A stretch of DNA of 64,000 nt, taken from the NCBI GenBank assembly GCA_944393225.1, contig CALXZK010000001.1:109522-173521 (forward strand), written 5' to 3'. The position numbers and the translations under genes are program-made. This DNA comes from an uncultured Alphaproteobacteria bacterium (lineage in GTDB: Bacteria > Pseudomonadota > Alphaproteobacteria > RF32 > CAG-239). How positions within the stretch are numbered: the first letter of the stretch is position 1; each line of letters begins with the position of its first letter. The notes under the pieces are model-generated. The model was not told the DNA's origin. It made no database searches and saw nothing but the letters and a program-made list of their open reading frames with translations. This document shows positions 26,628-34,817 of this stretch, in pieces.

Positions 26628-27026
26628 TTATTCCTCACCTCTGAGCATTTTTCCGAATAATTCGTCTTCTTTTTTAATAAGTTGGGACGCACTTTTGATT
26701 GCTCCATAGTAATCAGCATTAATAATGTTCTCGTTTACCATAGACACATAAGGAATTAGACTCGGAGCTGCTTTTTGCAAATCTCTTACATATTCCAAAT
26801 ATATATCATGCAATTTTTCCGGATTGCGGGACAAATACATTTGTTGCACAATAAAATATATTCTTTTGCATGGGGTATTAGCCTCTTTTTCTCTTAAGAT
26901 GAATTTTTCTCTTAAAATTGGGACATTACCTTCAATATAAAAACGAGTACGATCCCCGTCATTGGTAATGAGCGACTCTCCGATGATAATACTTTCATGC
27001 GGTTTTAATTCAATTTTCAAAGGCAT
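26628..27026 (-). CDS. flbT: flagellar biosynthesis repressor FlbT
   Basis: 132 aa. MPLKIELKPHESIIIGESLITNDGDRTRFYIEGNVPILREK matches the FlbT N-terminal signature. Lies immediately upstream of the flagellin array. Confidence 0.85.
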   Translation of the reverse strand: MPLKIELKPHESIIIGESLITNDGDRTRFYIEGNVPILREKFILREKEANTPCKRIYFIVQQMYLSRNPEKLHDIYLEYVRDLQKAAPSLIPYVSMVNENIINADYYGAIKSASQLIKKEDELFGKMLRGEE

Positions 27027-27149
27027 TTTTTTACTCCATTTTACTTTTTTTTAACAAAACTATGGACAGTATATATTTATTTTATTTCTTTTTGCAAACT
27101 TTTATTTACCAAAAAGAATATTTTAACTTATTTGCAAAGCGAGTTTTTG

Positions 27150-27572
27150 ATGCCTATTCAACCTAAAAATTTTGATGAAAATGAAAAAAATATTTATATG
27201 AAGGCTCTTTCTTTTATGCTTTCTCTTGATAAAAAAAATACGGTTGAAAAGCTTGATTTCCTTAAAATTCAAGCCGTGCGTTGCGGTTTTGACTGCCGAA
27301 AACTCAAAACAAAATCGACTGATAAAATTTCTGATATTGCCTTGGCTCTTAATAAAATTGACAATATTGCGATTAGACGTTATATCCTTCTCAACATGAT
27401 AAGGCTGACAATTGCCGGTCACGAGCTCCTTGATAACGAAGTGGATACCATTTACGGAATCGGAACAAAGGCAGGAATCAGCGTGGATAAAATTGATGAC
27501 TTTTTCCTTTGGGCTGCCCGCGGTGTGGAATGGCAGATTGAAGGAATGCGAATCGTTGAAGAAGACTTATAA
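27150..27572 (+). CDS. hypothetical protein (possibly TerB-like helical domain)
   Basis: 140 aa, helical. The stop is 3 nt before the ABC-F start, so co-transcription is likely. Start taken at ATG 27150 rather than the TTG at 27132. Confidence 0.45.
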   Translation: MPIQPKNFDENEKNIYMKALSFMLSLDKKNTVEKLDFLKIQAVRCGFDCRKLKTKSTDKISDIALALNKIDNIAIRRYILLNMIRLTIAGHELLDNEVDTIYGIGTKAGISVDKIDDFFLWAARGVEWQIEGMRIVEEDL

Positions 27573-27575
27573 AAT

Positions 27576-29387
27576 ATGACTAGCGAACCGCCAATTTATG
27601 CAATTAAGGGAGCCGAGCTAAGTTTCGGCTCTAATCATTTATTTACAAATGTTGACCTTTATATTAACCGCGGAGATAAAATTTCCCTGGTCGGACGAAA
27701 CGGCTCGGGAAAATCGACTCTGTTAAAAGTGATTTCCGGCGTGCTGGAACCTGATAACGGCGAAATTTTTATTCAACCGGGAATCAAAATTGCATATATG
27801 CCGCAAGAACCTGACTTTTCCCCCTATCATTCCCTAAAAGAAATGATCCTTTCCGGATTGCCCGATAACGGAAAAGGACAAGAATATAAAGCTGATATGC
27901 TCATTCAGCAATTTAATATTATCGGCGATGCCGACCCCAAATCAGCCTCCGGCGGAGAAAGACGTAAAGCCGCTTTGGCTAAGACTCTTATTAATGAGCC
28001 TGATATTTTGTTGCTTGATGAGCCCACAAACCACCTTGATATTGCCACTATCGAAACCTTGGAAAATATCATCAAAAATTTTGCCGGTGCCGTTGTCGTC
28101 ATTTCTCACGACAGAATGTTCTTAAATAACATTTCGCAAACAACATTTTGGCTCGACCGCGGTATTATGCGCCGCAACAACAAAGGTTTTAAATTTTTTG
28201 AAGAATGGCAAGACCAAGTTATTGAACAAGAAATCATCGAGCAAAAAAATCTTAATAAAAAATTGGAAGAAGAAACGGAATGGCTGCATAAAGGCGTAAC
28301 TGCTCGTCGCCGCCGCAACCAAGGAAGACTGCGCCGTTTGCAACAACTCCGAATCGAAAGAAAAGAACAAATCAAACAAATCGGCAATATCAACCTTAAT
28401 GTTGAAGAAGGCGATTATCGCTCCAAATTGGTGATTGAAGCCAAAAATATTTGCAAAGCTTTTGGCGACAGAATCATTGTTAAAGATTTCTCAACCCGCA
28501 TTATTAAAGGAAACAAAATCGGTATTGCCGGTCCGAATGGTGCCGGTAAAACCACTTTAATCAAACTCTTAACCAAAAGACTCGAACCCGACTCCGGTTT
28601 TGTCAGAATCGGTAAGAATTTGGAAGAAGCTTACTTTGACCAAAACAGATTAACTCTTGATCCTAAAAAGACTCTTTGGCAAACGCTTTGTGATAAAGGC
28701 GACCATATTTTGGTGCGCGGACAATATCGCCATGTTATTGCTTATCTCAAAGACTTTTTATTCCGCCCCGATCAAGCTCATTGTCCGGTTTCTGCTCTTT
28801 CCGGAGGCGAGAAAAATCGATTGATGTTGGCTGTTGCCTTGGCTCAACCCTCTAACTTTTTGGTCTTGGACGAACCGACCAACGACTTGGATATGGATAC
28901 GCTTGATTTGCTGCAAGAAGTATTAAGCGACTATGAAGGAACCATGCTCATTGTCAGCCACGACCGTGACTTTTTAGACCGCGTGGTAACATCCGTTATT
29001 TATATGAAAGGTGATGGCACCGTTTTTGAAAATGCCGGAAGTTATTCGGAAATCTTAGAAAAGATACACGCTCAAAACAAACCTGAAAGTAAAGAAAACA
29101 AAAAAACTCCGGTCAAACCCGTTGCTGCCGAACCGCGTTCGAAAAAAACGGCAAAGCTCAGCTATAATCAACAAAGACTCTTAGAAATTTTGCCGCAAAA
29201 AGTAGAAGAGTTGGAACAAAAAATTGCTCTTACCGAACAAAAACTCGGAGATGCCGATTTGTACAACTCTAACCGCGCTGAATTTGAAAAGTTGAGTGCT
29301 GATTTGATCAGGCTGAAAGATGAAATGGAAAAAGCCGAAAACGAGTGGCTGGAAATTCAAGCCTTGAAAGAAGAATTGGAAGCTTAA
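27576..29387 (+). CDS. ABC-F family ATPase (Uup-like, two ABC domains plus C-terminal coiled coil)
   Basis: Two Walker A motifs (GRNGSGKST, GPNGAGKTT), two signature motifs (ASGGERRK, LSGGEKNR), two Walker B motifs (LLLDEPTNHLD, LVLDEPTNDLD), and no TM domain. Confidence 0.9.
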   Translation: MTSEPPIYAIKGAELSFGSNHLFTNVDLYINRGDKISLVGRNGSGKSTLLKVISGVLEPDNGEIFIQPGIKIAYMPQEPDFSPYHSLKEMILSGLPDNGKGQEYKADMLIQQFNIIGDADPKSASGGERRKAALAKTLINEPDILLLDEPTNHLDIATIETLENIIKNFAGAVVVISHDRMFLNNISQTTFWLDRGIMRRNNKGFKFFEEWQDQVIEQEIIEQKNLNKKLEEETEWLHKGVTARRRRNQGRLRRLQQLRIERKEQIKQIGNINLNVEEGDYRSKLVIEAKNICKAFGDRIIVKDFSTRIIKGNKIGIAGPNGAGKTTLIKLLTKRLEPDSGFVRIGKNLEEAYFDQNRLTLDPKKTLWQTLCDKGDHILVRGQYRHVIAYLKDFLFRPDQAHCPVSALSGGEKNRLMLAVALAQPSNFLVLDEPTNDLDMDTLDLLQEVLSDYEGTMLIVSHDRDFLDRVVTSVIYMKGDGTVFENAGSYSEILEKIHAQNKPESKENKKTPVKPVAAEPRSKKTAKLSYNQQRLLEILPQKVEELEQKIALTEQKLGDADLYNSNRAEFEKLSADLIRLKDEMEKAENEWLEIQALKEELEA

Positions 29388-29953
29388 TTATATTGTCCTT
29401 GTAATACTTTGATTAAAGCCTCCAACTGAGGCTCAACCAATTCTCGTTCAGCAGCAGAAATTTGTTCAATATTGAGATTTTTTCTTTGAAAATCTGCGGC
29501 TCGACGCAAGGTTGTGGCAACGGTTGCATCTTCAGTATTATTAGCACCGTCTTGCATCAAGCGCTGTCTTTTCAAAATTTCTTTATCTCGAAGAATGGTC
29601 GAAATGATGATGCGTAAACGCATATCAATATAAGCGAATCTGTTTACGTCCCAACCACGGCGTTTTAACCATGATGATAAAGAAGAATCTAATTGATTGG
29701 CACTATCGGTTGTATCATAAGACAACTCCGGAAGTTGCGGGCAATTTTCATTTTCTTCGCAATATTTAATCCATGTGCGCAAAAAAGCACGAATTTCTTC
29801 TGCGGAAATTTGGTTTGAGGTTGAAACTTTGCCATCGGGATAATGAGGCGCTAATTTTTCATTTTGCATATGACAAACAGTAGAAGCCAAAACAATCATA
29901 GCAACTATAAAAATTGCTAAAATTATATATATGTGTTTCTTCTGAATTTTCAT
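29384..29953 (-). CDS. hypothetical membrane-anchored protein
   Basis: N-terminal TM helix (IYIILAIFIVAMIVLASTV). Its stop codon overlaps the ABC-F stop (convergent). Confidence 0.5.
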   Translation of the reverse strand: MKIQKKHIYIILAIFIVAMIVLASTVCHMQNEKLAPHYPDGKVSTSNQISAEEIRAFLRTWIKYCEENENCPQLPELSYDTTDSANQLDSSLSSWLKRRGWDVNRFAYIDMRLRIIISTILRDKEILKRQRLMQDGANNTEDATVATTLRRAADFQRKNLNIEQISAAERELVEPQLEALIKVLQGQYN

Positions 29954-29955
29954 AT

Positions 29956-30849
29956 TTACCAGCGCAAATTAGAAATGACATAATCGGGTGATGTATCAAA
30001 ACTGTTGGAAAGTTCTCTGGTTTTGGCAACATCGGGAATATAACCTTCGCCCAAAAAGTTGACATGAACACCTTTACTAACCAAAGCGGCATGTATGCCT
30101 AACAAATTGGCACCTTTTATGTCTGTTGTCATATTGTCGCCAATCATCAATATTTTGGCTTTGTCCATCTCGGCATAGTCTTCAATTGCATATTCCATGA
30201 TTTTGACATCAGGTTTGCCGACGGTAATAATTTTTCCGCCCAAAACAGCATATTGTTCCGCAATTGCTCCTGCGGCTAAACAAACTTTGCCGTCTTTATA
30301 AGTAGAGGTATCGTTACCGGCACAAACAAACGGAATTCCTAAGCTGGCAGCGTGTTCAAGCTCTGCTCGATAAGTATCTGTCGTGTCATCCAAAGAAGCA
30401 ACAGCACCCATATATATAAAGTCGGCTTTACTGATGTCGCTTACTTTTTCATAATCCAAACCGCTAAAAACACCATCATCTTCTTGACTTCCCAATTGAT
30501 AATAACGTGCACCGAGAGCGGCATATACTCCTTGTTTGGCTTTTAAATGATAATGCAAAATCTCGCCGGCAGTAATAATCGAATCAAACAAACTCAATGG
30601 TACTCTGTTTTCGTGCAACAATCTGGCAACGGCGGCAACTCTTTTGGAGGTGTTGCTCAACAAAATGACGTGCTTGCCAGATTTTTTCAAATTAACAAGC
30701 GCAGTTATAGCTTCAGACTTAACTGAAGAGCCGTCTGTTATAACGCCGGAAAAGCCAACGATAAAAACTTCATAATTGTCTATTATTTTCAAAATATTAA
30801 CGATGGGTTTTATCATTTTCATTTTATTATCGTCCCAATCATAAAACAT
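29956..30849 (-). CDS. HAD-superfamily subfamily IIA hydrolase-like protein (TIGR01459-like)
   Basis: LLSNTSKR (motif II), GKPD (motif III Lys), MIGDNMTTDIKGA (motif IV). In motif I the expected nucleophile Asp reads Gly (FIVGFSGVITDG). Confidence 0.7.
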   Translation of the reverse strand: MFYDWDDNKMKMIKPIVNILKIIDNYEVFIVGFSGVITDGSSVKSEAITALVNLKKSGKHVILLSNTSKRVAAVARLLHENRVPLSLFDSIITAGEILHYHLKAKQGVYAALGARYYQLGSQEDDGVFSGLDYEKVSDISKADFIYMGAVASLDDTTDTYRAELEHAASLGIPFVCAGNDTSTYKDGKVCLAAGAIAEQYAVLGGKIITVGKPDVKIMEYAIEDYAEMDKAKILMIGDNMTTDIKGANLLGIHAALVSKGVHVNFLGEGYIPDVAKTRELSNSFDTSPDYVISNLRW

Positions 30850-30925
30850 TTGCGCAAATTTTCTTTGAAACTAGTATATTTACATACCAATTTCAAGCAA
30901 ATAAACAAAGTTTTTAGCTATTTTT

Positions 30926-32128
30926 TTAAATTTTGTCATATTGAGCCAATGCTTGCGGAAAAGGCTTAAGCACTTGTCTTAAAACGCCTTTGAGCTCAGA
31001 TATGCAAACCCCGTAATTGGTGATGGGAACGCCTGCTTGCTCACATTTATTAATGCGGGAGAGCATTTCTCTGCGGTTGTGCATACATCCGCCGCACTGA
31101 ACCACCAGTTTATATTCTGCCAAATCTTTTGGGAAATCATGTCCGGCAACATGATTTATAATCAAATCTTTACCGGTTTTCTTTCGCAACAAATTAGGAA
31201 TTTTGACACGACCGATATCATCTTCTATGGCATGATGAGTGCAAGATTCAGCAATCAAAACCTTATCTCCGTCTTGCAAATTTTTAATGGCGGCGGCTCC
31301 TTCAACCAATTTGACAATATCGCCTTTTAATCTGGCAAATAAAATGGAGAATGTGGTGCAGCTGATATTTTGCGGTGTATTTGCCACCATAAAATCCACT
31401 ACCTGAGAATCGCAAACGACCAATGACGGCGGCGTTTTCATGTTTTCCAGCGCTTTGATATATTCATTTTCTTTGACGATTGTTACAATTTGGTCGTTGT
31501 CCAAAGCATCGCGAATGGCTTGAACTTGCGGCATGATTAAGCGTCCTTTCGGAGCTTCTTTATCAATGGGAACAAGCAAAACAACGTGTGATTGCTTTGG
31601 CGCCAAATCGCCCAAGATCGTCGGCTGATTGATGAAGTCTTCGGGGCAAACTTTTATCAACTCGGCTTTTAATTTTCCTAAAACTTCATCTCTTGAACTC
31701 AAATCTTGAGAGTTGACTTTAAGCCCATCGCCTTCGCAAGAAAACTTATCGGCTTTATTGAAAATTTTTATCAAAGGCAAATTTCTGCTCTCTGCCTCTT
31801 TGATAATTTCTTCCTCATATTTACCGATATTGTTTCCTTCGCAAATGAGCAAAACAATATCACTTCTGTCCCAAACGGATTGAGTTTTTTCTAATCTTTT
31901 TTCGCCTAAATCCGTTTCATCTCCCAGACCTGCCGTATCAAGCCAAGTAATTGGTCCTATCGGCAGAAGTTCCTGATTTTTTTCCACAACATCGGTGGTT
32001 GTACCTTCATGCGCTGACGTTATTGAAACATTTTGTCCGGTTATCAGGTTTAAAAAGCTTGATTTTCCGGCATTCACTCTGCCCATAAGGGCAATATGTA
32101 ACCTTAAAGCTTTTGGTGTATTTAACAT
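30926..32128 (-). CDS. hydF: [FeFe]-hydrogenase H-cluster maturation GTPase HydF
   Basis: N-terminal GTPase (GRVNAGKSSFLNLITGQNVSI, DTAGLGD, NKAD). Central PKGRLIMPQVQAIRDALD. C-terminal cluster ligands CTHH...CGGC. Confidence 0.85.
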   Translation of the reverse strand: MLNTPKALRLHIALMGRVNAGKSSFLNLITGQNVSITSAHEGTTTDVVEKNQELLPIGPITWLDTAGLGDETDLGEKRLEKTQSVWDRSDIVLLICEGNNIGKYEEEIIKEAESRNLPLIKIFNKADKFSCEGDGLKVNSQDLSSRDEVLGKLKAELIKVCPEDFINQPTILGDLAPKQSHVVLLVPIDKEAPKGRLIMPQVQAIRDALDNDQIVTIVKENEYIKALENMKTPPSLVVCDSQVVDFMVANTPQNISCTTFSILFARLKGDIVKLVEGAAAIKNLQDGDKVLIAESCTHHAIEDDIGRVKIPNLLRKKTGKDLIINHVAGHDFPKDLAEYKLVVQCGGCMHNRREMLSRINKCEQAGVPITNYGVCISELKGVLRQVLKPFPQALAQYDKI

Positions 32129-32881
32129 TTATTTTTCCTGACTTAATTTCTTAATCACTTGATTGGCAATGGTTAAACCAAAAATAGCAGTTATGGTTGG
32201 TAAAGAGCCCAAAGTATGACGTTTTCTGCCGTTTTGCGGTGTGTTTTCGGCTATTTCATCGGTTTCTATCATGGCGTTTTCCGGTAAATCAATTTGTTCA
32301 TCGGAATAAACGCAATCGATTTCACTTATGGTCACACCTCTTCTTTTCAAACGTTTTCTGATGAACTTGGACAGGCTGCAATTTTTGGTTTGACTTAAAT
32401 GTCCGAACTTAATGCAAGATGTGTCTGTTTTTAAAGCTGCACCCATGGAAGAAATAAACGGAATTTTCTGCTGCCACAAGGCTTCCATCAAGCAACATTT
32501 GGGATTTAAGGCATCAATCGCATCAACTACAAAATCGACTTTATATTGCAGCAGTTCCGGCAAGGTTTCAGCATTGACAAACAGCTCTTTGGTTTCTACC
32601 ACACAATCGGGATTTATATCTAAAACTCTTTCTTTGCCGACTTCTACCTTTTTGCGTCCGACCGTGCTATGCAGAGCCAAAATTTGGCGATTGATATTGC
32701 TTTCATCAAAAACATCAAAGTCAACCAAAATCAAATGCCCTACACCGGAGCGAGCCAAAGCCTCAACCACATAACCACCAACAGCGCCGACGCCCACGAC
32801 CATAACGGTGGCTTGTTGCAAGCGTTTTATTCCCTCTTCTCCCAACAACAATGAAGTGCGTAAGAACTGCTCTTTTACCAT
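32129..32881 (-). CDS. tcdA: ThiF/MoeB-family E1-like enzyme, tRNA threonylcarbamoyladenosine dehydratase (TcdA/CsdL-like)
   Basis: FLRTSLLLGEEGIKRLQQATVMVVGVGAVGGYVVEALARSGVGHLILVDFDVFDESNINRQ. The stop abuts the hydF start. Confidence 0.75.
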   Translation of the reverse strand: MVKEQFLRTSLLLGEEGIKRLQQATVMVVGVGAVGGYVVEALARSGVGHLILVDFDVFDESNINRQILALHSTVGRKKVEVGKERVLDINPDCVVETKELFVNAETLPELLQYKVDFVVDAIDALNPKCCLMEALWQQKIPFISSMGAALKTDTSCIKFGHLSQTKNCSLSKFIRKRLKRRGVTISEIDCVYSDEQIDLPENAMIETDEIAENTPQNGRKRHTLGSLPTITAIFGLTIANQVIKKLSQEK

Positions 32882-33621
32882 GGTTTGATAAACTCCAGTG
32901 AATTTTGATAAATTTGTTCGCCCAATTTTTCCATATTTTCTTTTTTCTCTTCCGCAATTGCTTTCAATATTTGCGGCAACTCTTCTATACCACTTTCTTT
33001 TTCTTTGACAAGAGCTTGATAAGGACCATCAGTTTCCAACAAAATTTTATCATTGGGAATAACATCTAACGCGCTCAAAGTTTTTTTGCTTTTTAACAAG
33101 CCTCCGGAAAAAGAAAAATAAGCGCCGTATTTGAGGGCGATTTTGGCTTGCTCAACCGAACCTCCGAAAGAATGTAAAACAAACTTTTGCGGCATTTTAT
33201 CCCACAATTCATCTAACCAGACAAAACTTTTGACAGCGTGTATCAATAACGGGCGGCGGAATTTTTGGGCTAACTCCATATGTTTTATAAAGACCTCTCT
33301 TTGCGGCTCAGCTTCCGGATTTTTTAACTTATCCAGTCCGCACTCGCCAACCAAAGCATTGGGAAACTGTTGCAACATATCTTCCAATATTGATAGCCAA
33401 TTTGCACTTCTTTTTTCTAAATACCATGGATGCAAGCCAAAAGCCGGAACAACTTTTTGCGGGTTGTTTCGGGCTAAAATTGCTACCTTCGCCCAATCTT
33501 CTTCCGTTGCCGAAACACAAAGCAATTTTTGTACGCCGAACTCGGACATTTCTTCAATAATATCCGTTGCACATTTTTGCTTATAATCTTGCAAATGTAT
33601 ATGAGTGTCGATAAACTGCAA
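32875..33621 (-). CDS. TatD-family metal-dependent hydrolase
   Basis: MQFIDTHIHL, GECGLD, IHAV, LETDGPY. The 3' end overlaps the tcdA start by 7 nt. Confidence 0.9.
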   Translation of the reverse strand: MQFIDTHIHLQDYKQKCATDIIEEMSEFGVQKLLCVSATEEDWAKVAILARNNPQKVVPAFGLHPWYLEKRSANWLSILEDMLQQFPNALVGECGLDKLKNPEAEPQREVFIKHMELAQKFRRPLLIHAVKSFVWLDELWDKMPQKFVLHSFGGSVEQAKIALKYGAYFSFSGGLLKSKKTLSALDVIPNDKILLETDGPYQALVKEKESGIEELPQILKAIAEEKKENMEKLGEQIYQNSLEFIKPW

Positions 33622-33676
33622 AGAGATTTTTCCTCATCGAAAAATTGGTTCATTCTGGAAAGGATATTAGAAAATT

Positions 33677-34768
33677 ATGCATATTTTGACAAGACCAATT
33701 TTAGAAATCAATCTCAAGCATTTGCTTGAAAATTTCCGCCAACTTGAAAAGCTCGCGGAGCACTCAATCCCCGCTGCCGTAGTAAAAGACGACGCTTACG
33801 GACTTGATGCCAAAGTGATTGCCAAAACACTTTACGAAAAAGCAAATTGCCGTAACTTTTTTGTCGCTCACGGTATTGAAGGTGAGAGAATTCGTCCCTT
33901 TGTACCTGAGGCAAATATTTATGTTTTGCAAGGTATCGGCGAAGATAGTTTTGAACATTTTAGTAAAAACAAACTTATTCCGGTTATCAGCACACCGCAA
34001 ATGTTTGCTTATTGGAAACAAAACCGCATTGAAGGGATTAAGCCGGTTATTCATATTGAAACAGGTTTAAACCGTCTTGGTTTCAGGGAAAAAGAATTAG
34101 AAGCTTTAAGTGATGCAGACAAAGCCGAATTTTCAGTTGTTATGTCTCACTTGGCTTGCGGCGATGAAAAAGACCACTTTATGAACAAACATCAGTTGGA
34201 TAACTTCATCCGCCTTAAAAACAAATATTTTCCGAACCTCCCCGGCTCTCTTTCGGCTTCCGACGGTGTGTTCCTCGGACGCGATTTTCAACAAGATATT
34301 GTGCGCTTGGGTGCGGCTATGTATGGTATCAACACCGCACCGTATCGTGAAAACCAAATGAAAAATGTTGCCTACATCAAAGCTCCGGTTTTGCAAGTGG
34401 AAGACTTACCTGTTGGCGAATTTGTCGGCTATTCTGCAACCTATCGCGCCAACTCACCGCGCAAGATTGCCATTGTTTCGATTGGTTACGGCGACGGTCT
34501 GCCTCGCTCTCTTTCCAACGTGGGTAAAGTTTTCTTTAAATCCCCTGACGGAAAGCTCTTTGAAGCACGCATTATCGGTCGTATGTCTATGGATAATGTG
34601 ATTTGTGATGTAACCAATGTAGAAAATTTGCAAGTCGGTGATTTAGCCTACTTTGCCGATGATTTTTATACCCTTGATGATATGGGACGTGATGCCGGTA
34701 CAATTTCTTATGAAATTTTATCACGCGTCGGCAAAAACACACGTTATATCAGAAAATATATTGATTAA
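33677..34768 (+). CDS. alr: alanine racemase
   Basis: AVVKDDAYGL (PLP lysine), HIETGLNRLG, MSHLACGDE, and a C-terminal GRMSMDNVICDV beta-domain. Confidence 0.9.
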   Translation: MHILTRPILEINLKHLLENFRQLEKLAEHSIPAAVVKDDAYGLDAKVIAKTLYEKANCRNFFVAHGIEGERIRPFVPEANIYVLQGIGEDSFEHFSKNKLIPVISTPQMFAYWKQNRIEGIKPVIHIETGLNRLGFREKELEALSDADKAEFSVVMSHLACGDEKDHFMNKHQLDNFIRLKNKYFPNLPGSLSASDGVFLGRDFQQDIVRLGAAMYGINTAPYRENQMKNVAYIKAPVLQVEDLPVGEFVGYSATYRANSPRKIAIVSIGYGDGLPRSLSNVGKVFFKSPDGKLFEARIIGRMSMDNVICDVTNVENLQVGDLAYFADDFYTLDDMGRDAGTISYEILSRVGKNTRYIRKYID

Positions 34769-34781
34769 AAATATAATTGAT

Positions 34782-34817
34782 AAAAAAAAGCTCCTCTTTC
34801 GAGGAGCTTTTTTTTTA
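34782..34817. terminator. bidirectional terminator between alr and the 623-aa gene
   Basis: Stem agctcctc/gaggagct, flanked by A8 and T9 runs. Confidence 0.85.
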
